NCBI GenBank assembly: GCA_043770615.1
Contig: JAYVHY010000295.1
Coordinates: 2,157 to 66,156 of the forward strand
From: Armatimonadota bacterium
Lineage (GTDB): Bacteria > Armatimonadota > Fimbriimonadia > Fimbriimonadales > Fimbriimonadaceae
Direction: 5' to 3'
DNA length: 64,000 nt
Below the pieces are notes generated by a model. It was not told where the DNA came from. It saw only the letters and a program-made list of their open reading frames with translations, and searched no databases. The translations under genes and the position numbers were made by a program. Shown in pieces: positions 47,688 to 56,815 of the stretch. The number at the start of each line of letters is the position of its first letter. Position 1 is the stretch's first letter.

Positions 47688-48962
47688 CTAATTTGCGATA
47701 AGTCGCATGTAGTTGACTGAAGCGCGTATGATCTTTGCGTACGTTCTGTCAATATAACTCGCCCTTATACGAACCTGTCCGCTTATGGGATCTACGTACT
47801 GTTGGGCATTCCCCGGAAGTTGAACCGAGTTACTAACTGGGGTTGTTTTCAACTTTGTTGCGAGCACGGTGACCCACTGATTGCTTGTCACATTGAATGC
47901 TTGGACGGTCTCAACGTAGGCTAAATAGGAGTCATAGTCTGACTCCAAGTCCTTTCGTGATTGCCATTCGAGCCTAAGCGTGCTTGGATTCTGGAGCCTG
48001 GGGATAATCGCTATATCAAAGATTGCTTTCCCTCCCTTGCTACTGGAAGTCATCCAGAGGTTGTCCGGCTTGAAAAGAGTTTCAATTTCACCTTGGATTG
48101 TGCCGCTAACGGGGATTGCCTCTGATGGGTATCGGCTAGGCATGCTGAACGATTCTACGGTTACGCCCGTTCTGCGCACGAAGTCAAGTCGCAGCCGGTA
48201 GTTGTCGGCCCAGGCATGCTGTGCGCCGTAGTCAGCATTGAATCGGAACTGACTCTGTCCCATGATGGTTCCCCAGTTATAGAGGCTCCTTCCTCCTAAT
48301 CCGTTCACAAAATAAGGAATGCCATCGACGCTCAATCGCTCGTAACTGTGGTCATGCCCAGTGATCACAGTGTCAGCACCCCACAGGGCAAATGGCCATT
48401 GCATATAGGTTGTTGGACCATGTTGAGCTGATGAATAGGCCGCATGATGGAACACAACTATCTTGTATCGTGCGAGGGACGCAGCCATTTGAGCTTGGAG
48501 CCATTGACCCTGGATGGAGGATGAAGTGACACCGTCGGGCTCGTTTGGGTCACTGTCGAGGATAAAGAATTGACACTCGCCTTGCGTGAATGTGTAGTAT
48601 CGCTCGTTGCCCGGCAGATCGAAATACGCTAAATAAGGATTTGCGCCAGTAGGGTTTGTTCCGTTGTTACCCCAGTCGTGATTTCCTAGGCAGGGGAAAA
48701 ATCGCCTTGTCGCTGAACCTGCGCCAAAAGCCCCGGTGTAGTTATAGATGAAATTGTGATAATACTGACCAATATTGGCATCGATTGTGGCGGCTGCGCC
48801 AGTATCGTAGTTATTGTCGCCAGCGGTTACGACAAAATCTGGATTCCAGCTTGAGACCATCGTGGCAACGTTGGCTTCGGGAACACTGCTGTTCCCGAAG
48901 TCTCCGATTATGGCGAAGTGGGTTGGTGCGGTTAAAAATAGAGTAGCAAGCGCAAAGATCAT
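47688..48962 (-). CDS. Secreted metallophosphoesterase (purple acid phosphatase-like) with a C-terminal extra domain
   Basis: IGDFG, GDNNY, GNHD, FHH, GHDH motifs. Confidence 0.88.
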   Translation of the reverse strand: MIFALATLFLTAPTHFAIIGDFGNSSVPEANVATMVSSWNPDFVVTAGDNNYDTGAAATIDANIGQYYHNFIYNYTGAFGAGSATRRFFPCLGNHDWGNNGTNPTGANPYLAYFDLPGNERYYTFTQGECQFFILDSDPNEPDGVTSSSIQGQWLQAQMAASLARYKIVVFHHAAYSSAQHGPTTYMQWPFALWGADTVITGHDHSYERLSVDGIPYFVNGLGGRSLYNWGTIMGQSQFRFNADYGAQHAWADNYRLRLDFVRRTGVTVESFSMPSRYPSEAIPVSGTIQGEIETLFKPDNLWMTSSSKGGKAIFDIAIIPRLQNPSTLRLEWQSRKDLESDYDSYLAYVETVQAFNVTSNQWVTVLATKLKTTPVSNSVQLPGNAQQYVDPISGQVRIRASYIDRTYAKIIRASVNYMRLIAN

Positions 48963-49069
48963 TATCGTGAAATTACCTCAGATTCTGGATCATGCTTCTA
49001 ACTATTGCTTCTTCAATTCTAGTAGTCCAAAACTTCGCTAAAAATACTTAATCGGCGTATAGTGGGCGT

Positions 49070-49273
49070 ATGGCATACGAGAAATTACGTGTGGGATCAA
49101 AATTGATCGAAAAAGCAACGGGAACCGAGTATGAGATTGAACTGGTTGGAGATGCTGGGCAAGAAGGCTATTCCTACGAGTTGTATCCAGAGTTTGTAAA
49201 GGAAATTCATAGCTGCGAGATTGGGCTTGAAGAGACATATCCGTTTGCAGTGGTGAGAATTGAGAGACCCTAG
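49070..49273 (+). CDS. Small acidic hypothetical protein (67 aa)
   Basis: ATG start with TATAGT 6 nt upstream; fills the intergenic space; protein-like composition. Confidence 0.6.
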   Translation: MAYEKLRVGSKLIEKATGTEYEIELVGDAGQEGYSYELYPEFVKEIHSCEIGLEETYPFAVVRIERP

Positions 49274-49377
49274 GCTCAATTAAGAATAGTGATGAGAAGT
49301 GAAGGCGCCGAAAGGACTATTGATGGCTTTTCTGCTCCCTAAGAAAGGTTCCACGCGTCAAAATAGTGGTCTTTCTT

Positions 49378-51009
49378 ATGACAAATCTTGATATTGCTCA
49401 ATCTGCGGTTCTTCGCAAAATAACTGATGTTGCCGCAGAATCTGGTCTGAAGGAGAAGCAGTTCGAGCCACTCGGCTACTACAAAGCCAAGCTGACCCAC
49501 GAATCGGTTCAGGAATTCAGTTCCAACAGCAAAGGAAAGCTCATTTTGGTGACCGCGGTGAGTCCCACTCCTTCCGGTGTCGGCAAGACAACCGTAACTG
49601 TAGGTCTTGCTCAAGGTCTTCAGTTCATTGGCAAAAAGGCGATCCCAGCTATCCGTGAACCAGCCCTTGGACCAATTTTTGGAGTAAAGGGCGGAGCATG
49701 CGGCGGTGGGTATAGCCAAGTGCTTCCGATGGAAGACATCAACTTGTTTTTCACGGGCGATTTTCCGGCAATTACGGCGGCGCACAATTTGTTGAGTGCC
49801 TTGCTGGACGCCCATCTGCAGCATGGAAACGAACTTCAGATTGATACTCGGGATAACCTTTGGCCCAGAACCATTGATATGAATGACCGATCCTTAAGAA
49901 AGATCGTGGTTGGGCTTGGCGGATCTGGCAACGGTGTTGTTCGAGAAGATGGGTTTGTGATCACTCCAGCGAGCGAGATCATGGCGATTCTATGCCTTTC
50001 GACATCTCTGGCTGACTTGAAGGATCGACTTGGGGCAATTGTCGTTGGGCGGAATATGTTGAAGGAACCGGTCACTGCGGCTCAGTTGAAAGCAAGTGGA
50101 GCCATGGCGGCCTTGCTCGCAACGGCAATTCGTCCCAATCTAGTTCAAACGATGCATGGCGATCTTGCTTTTGTGCATGGTGGACCGTTTGGCAACATTG
50201 CTCATGGATGCTCCTCGCTTATCGCTACCCGGTGTTCGCTCGGGTTGGCCGACTATACGGTCACCGAAGCTGGTTTTGGCGCCGATCTTGGTGCAGAGAA
50301 GTTCCTCAATATTTTGTGTCCTCAACTTGGTCGGGGACCAGATGCCATCGTTTTGGTGGCAACGATCGCGGCCCTCAAGCACCAAGGCGGCGGTGATCTT
50401 CACCTTGGTTTTGCCAACTTAAGACGGCATATCAAGCACCTACAATGCTACGGACCAAAAGTTGTGGTCGCAATTAATCAGCGAGCCGAGGATGATTTGA
50501 AGGATCACCAACTTTTGATCGAAGATTGCCAATCAATTGGAGTCTTGGCCGTCACTTGTAACCCATGGGGCGGCGGCGCAAAAGGGTGTGAACAACTGGC
50601 GAGAGAAGTTGTGGCGATGATGGTTCATTCGGCACCATTTATTCCGCTTTACGAAAGGAGTTCGACCTTTCAAAACAAATTGACGGCAATTGTCAAGCGG
50701 GCTTATGGTGGTGAGGGATTCGAGCTTTCGGAAAAAGCTCAGAAGAGTCTGGCTTGGATTGAGAAAAATGGCTTCGGGGAACTTCCCGTATGCGTAGCGA
50801 AGACTCAATATAGTCTGAGTGATGATCCGACTTTGCAGAATGCGCCGGAAGGGTTTACGCTTCATGTAAAAGAGCTCAAGCTGTCGGCCGGTGCTGGATT
50901 TATTGTTGCCATTTGCGGTGACGTCATGCTGATGCCGGGGCTTGGAAAAACCCCGACTGCCTTTGCGATTGATGTCGATGCCAATGGCAAGTTGAGTGGA
51001 CTGTTCTAG
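49378..51009 (+). CDS. fhs: Formate--tetrahydrofolate ligase
   Basis: TPSGVGKTT, GVKGGACGGGYSQV, HGGPFGNIAHG, TEAGFGADLGAEKF, VAKTQYSLSDDP, MPGL; start at ATG 49378. Confidence 0.95.
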   Translation: MTNLDIAQSAVLRKITDVAAESGLKEKQFEPLGYYKAKLTHESVQEFSSNSKGKLILVTAVSPTPSGVGKTTVTVGLAQGLQFIGKKAIPAIREPALGPIFGVKGGACGGGYSQVLPMEDINLFFTGDFPAITAAHNLLSALLDAHLQHGNELQIDTRDNLWPRTIDMNDRSLRKIVVGLGGSGNGVVREDGFVITPASEIMAILCLSTSLADLKDRLGAIVVGRNMLKEPVTAAQLKASGAMAALLATAIRPNLVQTMHGDLAFVHGGPFGNIAHGCSSLIATRCSLGLADYTVTEAGFGADLGAEKFLNILCPQLGRGPDAIVLVATIAALKHQGGGDLHLGFANLRRHIKHLQCYGPKVVVAINQRAEDDLKDHQLLIEDCQSIGVLAVTCNPWGGGAKGCEQLAREVVAMMVHSAPFIPLYERSSTFQNKLTAIVKRAYGGEGFELSEKAQKSLAWIEKNGFGELPVCVAKTQYSLSDDPTLQNAPEGFTLHVKELKLSAGAGFIVAICGDVMLMPGLGKTPTAFAIDVDANGKLSGLF

Positions 51010-51021
51010 TCTTATCGGGAC

Positions 51022-51882
51022 TTACTTTTTAGGCTTTTCGAATGAGATTCGTTTGTTCTTTTGGTCGATCGAAACTTTGAAGAGTTGGAGGAACATAGCA
51101 CCAATGTTTCCGAACGGGAACATGTCATGCATTTCGATCATCGGAACGTTTGCAGCCATTCCACCGACTTTGATCGGTCCCTTTACTTTTGCGCCGAAAA
51201 TTTCGATCGTGTTGAAGTTTGTGCGAGCTCGTCCAATGACTTTTGGTTCTCCGGCAAGAGGAAGTTGGTTTTTGAACTTCATGGGAACCATGATTCCTCC
51301 ATCAGACCCAGAATCAATGTGTCCTTTGATTTTGACTTTACCAATCTCGATGGGCAAAGTTGGGACACCGTGATCAAGACCGTAGGTGAGAGCAGATGAA
51401 GGGAGGGAGCCTCGTTTGAAGGTGATTTGTCTTGCAGGGTAATCGAACGTCAGGAGTAGATCCTTAAAAACGCCATATCCGAGGACGCCATCCACATATT
51501 CTGGTGTGCCGGCTGGTCCGGCATCGGCAAACATGGGAACGCCATAAAAGTGAGCTGATCCGGCAGTCAATTCGGGAATCTTATACAAGGAAACTTCTCG
51601 AGATCCTTTGCCACTGGGGTCGCCGGCCAAGACCTTACCAATGGGCTTCAGGCCAAGTTTGACTAAGATGGCGGGAGATATCCTGCCTCCGCCTACAGTA
51701 CCGGTATCCAACGCGAAGCGATACGGTTTCCCAGCGATTTTTATCTCAATTATTGGGGCTCGATTGGCGCCAGGTAGCATCGGAATCGTAACCGACGAAG
51801 GGCAAGAAGTCTTTTCGACTGGAGCTGGGGGGCGCTGAATTGTGCCAATTAAGGGTATCAAGGTAAGGATAGTTGAGATCAT
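51022..51882 (-). CDS. Secreted aspartyl protease with two retropepsin-like domains
   Basis: FALDTG...DGVLG and HIDSGS...GNIG. Confidence 0.85.
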   Translation of the reverse strand: MISTILTLIPLIGTIQRPPAPVEKTSCPSSVTIPMLPGANRAPIIEIKIAGKPYRFALDTGTVGGGRISPAILVKLGLKPIGKVLAGDPSGKGSREVSLYKIPELTAGSAHFYGVPMFADAGPAGTPEYVDGVLGYGVFKDLLLTFDYPARQITFKRGSLPSSALTYGLDHGVPTLPIEIGKVKIKGHIDSGSDGGIMVPMKFKNQLPLAGEPKVIGRARTNFNTIEIFGAKVKGPIKVGGMAANVPMIEMHDMFPFGNIGAMFLQLFKVSIDQKNKRISFEKPKK

Positions 51883-51937
51883 TCCAATCTACTTAACGAT
51901 AAGATTTTGTAAAATGTTCCAATAATTAGATAATTCT

Positions 51938-52492
51938 ATGTCTGAAAGCACAATTCTTACCCGGGAGCAGATTCGCGCGCTTAATAGTCCGATAAGGTTG
52001 GACATCATGACTAGTCTTCGGGCATATGGGGATGCGACGGCTGGCGAAATCGCGGCTCGAGTACGAATTGATGAGCATCTCCTTTACTACCATTTGCGTT
52101 GTTTGACGAAAGTTGACTTGGTAACTATTACTGGGCAACGAGCTGGCTCGACTAAGCCAGAGACTATTTTTTCTGCTCGAGCACCGGGAAGCACTTCCGA
52201 GTTGGATATGCGAGACGAGGCGACTCGGAATGAAGTGAAGCGTAATGTTCATACAATTCTTAAGGCGGCAGCACGAGAGTATTGCGATGCGACGGACATT
52301 CATTTTAACGATCATCGCGATGACTTCCTCCTAGTGCGTCGGAGCGCGTCATTGAGCGCAGAAAAACGAAAGGAGTTTATAGAGTTGGTGGACAAACTGA
52401 CGATGCTCCTAGACGAGCAATCGGAACCAGGCGGGGAAGCATTCGGTTTAACTTTGGTCATGTCTCCTTTGCCACGAATCGAGAAATTGTAA
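51938..52492 (+). CDS. ArsR-like winged-HTH transcriptional regulator
   Basis: ALNSPIRLDIM, LYYHLRCL; C-terminal LSAEKRKEF dimerisation-like region. Confidence 0.8.
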   Translation: MSESTILTREQIRALNSPIRLDIMTSLRAYGDATAGEIAARVRIDEHLLYYHLRCLTKVDLVTITGQRAGSTKPETIFSARAPGSTSELDMRDEATRNEVKRNVHTILKAAAREYCDATDIHFNDHRDDFLLVRRSASLSAEKRKEFIELVDKLTMLLDEQSEPGGEAFGLTLVMSPLPRIEKL

Positions 52493-52532
52493 TCTTGACG
52501 GATTCTTGTTTCCGTTGGTAGAATCGGCGCCA

Positions 52533-53255
52533 GTGAGTTATTCGTTAATCGTCTACTGTGTTCCAACTGGTTCAATCCAGAAAACTGTTGGTTCAAATGA
52601 TGAAATTCTCTTAGCGGAAATGAAGTCAAAGTATGCCGAAGCTCTTCGGGTCAACGATGAATTCTTTGAGGAGGATGAGGAAGATTTTGATGATGAGGAG
52701 AGTGGTTCTTCGGGAGGCGGGGTCTTTGGCTTTCTTGGGAAACTACTTGGAAAGGGCAACGCACCTGCCCAAATGCCGAGCGGGGCATATCCAACTAGTG
52801 AACAGATTCTTGAAGCACTCATACGGGGCGAAGAGATTGATCCTCGATGCGGAAGCAAAGCTGCATACGTTTTCGAACAAGTTTGCCGTCATCTCGGTGA
52901 ACAAATGGCAGGCGACGCATTTTTTAGTCTCAGGCGATCCGATCAATGGTTTAAGAGTGTGAGTAAAGTGATCGAAAAAGGGGGACTTAAGTCGAGCCAA
53001 TTTTCGATTTCGGATCATTTGCAGAATTGGGGTCCGATTATTGACTTGCCCGCACCCGATGATTTTCCGGGGATGGGATATCTGACCTTTGAGGAGGCGA
53101 GTGTGGCGGCACCGCTATTGAGCGCGCCGTCTATTGATGAAGCGGCGAAGAAGGACGAAAATGCGGAGTACATGGTGATGGCGGTTGGTGACATTCGAAA
53201 TTGGCTCAAGTGTTGTGTTGATCGTCAGGGCGACCTCGTGGCCTTTTACTATTAG
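52533..53255 (+). CDS. Hypothetical acidic protein
   Basis: GTG start 8 nt after TAGAAT; EEDEEDFDDEE tract; LPAPDDFPGMGYL and C-terminal DLVAFYY. Confidence 0.75.
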   Translation: MSYSLIVYCVPTGSIQKTVGSNDEILLAEMKSKYAEALRVNDEFFEEDEEDFDDEESGSSGGGVFGFLGKLLGKGNAPAQMPSGAYPTSEQILEALIRGEEIDPRCGSKAAYVFEQVCRHLGEQMAGDAFFSLRRSDQWFKSVSKVIEKGGLKSSQFSISDHLQNWGPIIDLPAPDDFPGMGYLTFEEASVAAPLLSAPSIDEAAKKDENAEYMVMAVGDIRNWLKCCVDRQGDLVAFYY

Positions 53256-53402
53256 TGGTAATTGCTCGGTTTGTGTCCTGAAAATGGGCCTATCAGGGCG
53301 GTACGCGGGCTGGATGTGGGAGAGGTTAGGGCGGGGTGTTTTAGGTTCAATTTGTGTCGATTTGAATATGAGTTCTTTGTGACGTTAGTTTTCAGGACTC
53401 CA

Positions 53403-53464
53403 AGATTCATCCACCTCGTCAAGCTCATCAAAACGTGTTAGTGGCACCTTTTGACATGGACTCT
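53403..53464. repeat. Degenerate copy of the 34422-34480 intergenic element
   Basis: gattc.tccac...ctcat.aaaacgtg...gtggcacctttt.aca.ggactct is shared by both loci. Confidence 0.75.
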
Positions 53465-53728
53465 TCCTATCTAGTGAGGAGATACTGGTTGTCCGTTTCA
53501 GTGATGGTCTGGTAACAATTTGAACGTAAATGAAAGTCTACTATTGTTCGTCTGCCTATTCCAAACTGTGTTTATTTGCGGACTAGGCTAGCTTCTGGGA
53601 GTAAGGAGTTTGATGATTTTTAAAGAACATTTATATAGACGTACGTCTAGTAAGTGTTGTTTCGTCAAATTGGAAAGTTCAACACTTTAATGAAACTGCG
53701 CGTTTTTACAATCTGGGAGCAAATTAAT

Positions 53729-53833
53729 CCGGGCGGGGACGCCCGGGCTCCAAGGCGATCATTTCATCATTTTGCTAAAGTCACAGGATCACTGTTTGGG
53801 GTCAAATTCACCCGGAAGAGGACGCCTGGTTCC
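53729..53833. repeat. REP-like GC hairpin ccgggcg-ggga-cgcccgg-gctcc plus a degenerate second copy
   Basis: 53729-53751 and about 53812-53833 (ccggaagaggacgcctggttcc). Confidence 0.5.
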
Positions 53834-53896
53834 ACGGTGCTTATCTCATCGTTTAATCCGTGCGAGGGTGTCTAGACTCCTGGGTTGTTCGATGTC

Positions 53897-54475
53897 TTAG
53901 TTGGAAAGGGATGGTTTCTTGCCAAAGTGCTTTTGCAATTCATCGAGTTCTTGTTGGTTGCCTCGCATGAAGAACTTGCGCATTTGGGTTGATTCATCAG
54001 TACCATCCCAACCGAGCATTCGGCAGATGACTTTGGTTTGTTTGGCGCCAACTGGTTCGAAGTAGAGGACGGTCCACACTTTCGAGATGGCGGTTTTGAA
54101 AGGGAATCCGTCGGGGAATCGAACGGTTTGAATCGCGAACATGCGCTCGGGATCAAAGCTGATGATCTTATTTTCGATGACGTCTTTGCCGGTGAGGTCG
54201 CTGCCGGCGGTATAGCTGGTTCTCATCAAGCCACCTATTCTGAGGTCAACCGTACCTTCGGCAACCATCCAGGATTTGATCCCTTTGGTAGTGGTGTAAG
54301 CATTCCAGACGTCTTTGACTGGAGCATTAACGGTGGCGAAATGCACGAGGGGCTGGGTCGCGGTTGCGAGATTGAGCATGGCTTCGGAATCAGACAAAGT
54401 TTTGTCTGACTTTTGTGCGATTGGCGCCCCGCAAATGCTGAGAGCGACGACGAGATTTGTGATAGAAGTGATCAT
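53897..54475 (-). CDS. SRPBCC/AHSA1 domain protein with a signal-like N-terminus
   Basis: VNAPVKDVWNAYTT...W, VDLRIGG, WTVLYFEP; start set at ATG 54475, just after tetR. Confidence 0.85.
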   Translation of the reverse strand: MITSITNLVVALSICGAPIAQKSDKTLSDSEAMLNLATATQPLVHFATVNAPVKDVWNAYTTTKGIKSWMVAEGTVDLRIGGLMRTSYTAGSDLTGKDVIENKIISFDPERMFAIQTVRFPDGFPFKTAISKVWTVLYFEPVGAKQTKVICRMLGWDGTDESTQMRKFFMRGNQQELDELQKHFGKKPSLSN

Positions 54476-54483
54476 GATTGTAA

Positions 54484-55104
54484 CTAGGTTTTGGGGGTTG
54501 ACCAATCTGATCCATCTCGGATAAGTCGGTCGAATTGGTCACGAAGCGACCCAATGGCCGCATCAAAAGGTTCGATTTTCTGGTGGGCTCGCGCGAGCAT
54601 CACGGAACCTTCCATGGTTGCTAACACGAAAAACGAAAGTGCTTCGGGGTCGACTTCGGCGGGAAGTCGATCGGATGCAGCGATGACGAGTTGAGAAATC
54701 GCGTTGCGCCAGCCATCAAAGTTTTCGACGATCAAGTTTCGAACTTGGGGATGGGTGTTTGACATTTCGAGGGCAAGGTTGCCGATCGGGCAACCGAGGC
54801 GAAAGTCGGTTGCGATTAAGAGTTGTCGGTATCCGTTTAGGACGGCAAACAGTCGTTCAATTGGATCGACCACCCGGGAAAAGGCGGGCTCTAGGACCAT
54901 AGGACCGAGCATTCCTTTGTACTTTTCGAGGACGGCGACCAGGAGGTCTTCCTTGGTTGGAAAAAAGTGATAGAGGCTGCCGCTGTTTGCTCCCGAGCGT
55001 TTGAGGATTTGAGCGATGCCGGTTGCAGTGTAGCCTTGGTCAAAGAAGAGCTCTCTCGCCGATTCGACGATGCTTTCCCTTGTGTCCACTTTTACTTCCG
55101 CCAT
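54484..55104 (-). CDS. TetR/AcrR family regulator (NemR/LmrA-like)
   Basis: ARELFFDQGYTATG...GSLYHFFPTKEDL; GCPIGNLALE. Confidence 0.92.
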   Translation of the reverse strand: MAEVKVDTRESIVESARELFFDQGYTATGIAQILKRSGANSGSLYHFFPTKEDLLVAVLEKYKGMLGPMVLEPAFSRVVDPIERLFAVLNGYRQLLIATDFRLGCPIGNLALEMSNTHPQVRNLIVENFDGWRNAISQLVIAASDRLPAEVDPEALSFFVLATMEGSVMLARAHQKIEPFDAAIGSLRDQFDRLIRDGSDWSTPKT

Positions 55105-55106
55105 TA

Positions 55107-55140
55107 TCTCTTAGTTGATTGATCAACTAAGAGAATTATA
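55107..55140 (-). promoter_or_regulatory. TetR operator palindrome abutting a -10 box
   Basis: Perfect 13-bp inverted repeat tctcttagttgat-tg-atcaactaagaga (55107-55134); minus-strand TATAAT at 55135-55140. Confidence 0.8.
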
Positions 55141-55182
55141 ACCCGTTTTTTGCTTGATTAACTGGAAAATTCGGTTTGTTTT

Positions 55183-56223
55183 CTACAAGAGCATTTTCAA
55201 TACATCCATATTTGCCGCTTCGACCTTTCTTGGTCGGTCGCTGTTGATGCATGATATGACAAGGTTGCCTTCGGTCGGCAGGTAGAAGACACCGCAAAAG
55301 AAGCCGAAATTATCGCCACCACCGACATTGCAGAAGGGATTGCCAGCTCGGTTCTTTCCGATCATCCAGCCAAATCCTTCATTTCCGCTCAATGCAGCAA
55401 ACATTCTGGGTTCATTCGTTGAGTTGAGAATCTTTCCTTGGGTGAGAGCAAGGATAGCTTTGCCCAGATCTCCTGGAGTTGAGACGATGCCTCCGGCTCC
55501 AATAATCGACCATGTTGGCTTGCCCCAAAAATACGGGCAATTCTTGGTGCCATGAGTTTTCGCGTTGTATCCGACCGAAAAATCACTGGCTGGCCATTTT
55601 TGATCGCCAAAGAACCCTGACCTCGTCATCTTTGCCGGTTCGAAAACGAACTTTCGAACCGAATCTTGCCACGGCCGCCCGGTCACTTTTTCGATGATTA
55701 TGGCAAGCATGGTGTAGCCGTTGTTGGAATACTCTGATCGGGTTCCAGGCTTGAATTGAAGCTTCTCGCCCAGTAGTCTTGAGAGAGCAGTCTTTTTGTC
55801 AATGTTGGCGAAGTCGCCACCTTCTCCCGGGCGATCAATATATTCTCCAAAGCCGGCGGTATGGGCGAGAAGTTGTTGGATCGTGATGTCTTGTTTGTCG
55901 ACGGGAACGCCGGAAATGAACTTCCCAATTTTGTCTGTCAATTTGAGTTTTTTGTCCTGCTCCAAACGAAGCATCACCATGCCGGTAAACCACTTGGTCA
56001 CGGAGCCAATAGGGAAGATTGTGGACGGGGATATGCTTGCTTTGCCAGTCGGATCGACAAGGCCATAACCCTTTACGAGAACGACTTTTCCACCTTTTAC
56101 AACGAGGATGCTTCCGTTGAATCCCTCTTTGGTCGCCGCCTGGTAGCGGGCATCCACCGATTTGGCTAAATTCGGAGTCTGAGGTTTGGCAAGAAGGAGA
56201 GAAAGTGAAGTGGCGATAATCAT
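55183..56223 (-). CDS. Serine hydrolase, beta-lactamase class C/PBP-like family
   Basis: IGSVTK (SxxK), LLAHTAG, YSN, GAGGIVST. Confidence 0.9.
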   Translation of the reverse strand: MIIATSLSLLLAKPQTPNLAKSVDARYQAATKEGFNGSILVVKGGKVVLVKGYGLVDPTGKASISPSTIFPIGSVTKWFTGMVMLRLEQDKKLKLTDKIGKFISGVPVDKQDITIQQLLAHTAGFGEYIDRPGEGGDFANIDKKTALSRLLGEKLQFKPGTRSEYSNNGYTMLAIIIEKVTGRPWQDSVRKFVFEPAKMTRSGFFGDQKWPASDFSVGYNAKTHGTKNCPYFWGKPTWSIIGAGGIVSTPGDLGKAILALTQGKILNSTNEPRMFAALSGNEGFGWMIGKNRAGNPFCNVGGGDNFGFFCGVFYLPTEGNLVISCINSDRPRKVEAANMDVLKMLL

Positions 56224-56254
56224 GATATCGTAATATACTGCATAATTACACTAT

Positions 56255-56812
56255 ATGGTTCCAGTTCCAAAAGATTCGATCACTTTGTCAGAGTCGCAGA
56301 TGGCGATATTGGCAAATCCTCTGCGGTCGAGGATGGTATTGGCCCTTCGAACTGGAGGTGCATGCTCGATGAGTGAATTGGCACTTAGATTAGAAGTTGA
56401 TCCGAAGATTCTTTACTACCCGTTGAAAAAGCTTACGGATGCCGGACTGGTTTGGCGTACCGGTTCGACGAAGTCGAATAGGCGAATTGAAGGAATGTAT
56501 GGTTTGGTGGCTTATCGAATGGAGCTACCGAAATCTGCGGCATTGGAGACGCGCAAAAAACTGATGCGGACGACGATCCGTTGTGCGGAACAGGATGCGA
56601 CGAATGCTCAGGAAGCATCAATCGTTGACCCTAAGGTGACCGACGCTATGAATGTCTTTCGGGCTCCACTTTGGCTGAGTGAGGATGACCGAAAGGAACT
56701 CTTTCAAGAATTGTCGGGGCTCGTTGAGAAATACTCATCGCGATCAATTCGTCAAGAAAATGACTTGCTCATGTGGACTTCGTTGATCGTTCCGGTTGCG
56801 CGACGAAACTGA
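56255..56812 (+). CDS. ArsR-like winged-HTH regulator (paralog of 51938-52492)
   Basis: LANPLRSRMV, ILYYPLKKLTDAGLV, LSEDDRKEL. Confidence 0.8.
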   Translation: MVPVPKDSITLSESQMAILANPLRSRMVLALRTGGACSMSELALRLEVDPKILYYPLKKLTDAGLVWRTGSTKSNRRIEGMYGLVAYRMELPKSAALETRKKLMRTTIRCAEQDATNAQEASIVDPKVTDAMNVFRAPLWLSEDDRKELFQELSGLVEKYSSRSIRQENDLLMWTSLIVPVARRN

Positions 56813-56815
56813 CGA

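Noticed and set aside
49274-49377. ZTP (pfl) or THF riboswitch upstream of fhs
   Set aside because: Could not find the conserved pfl elements (GACUGGCG...GUGG, CGCCUGGG) or a THF-like fold; an Rfam scan would settle it.
49339-49824. 161-aa ORF antisense to fhs, and similar antisense ORFs over metY, pilC and the CoA-binding gene
   Set aside because: Shadow ORFs fully overlapping well-supported conserved genes.
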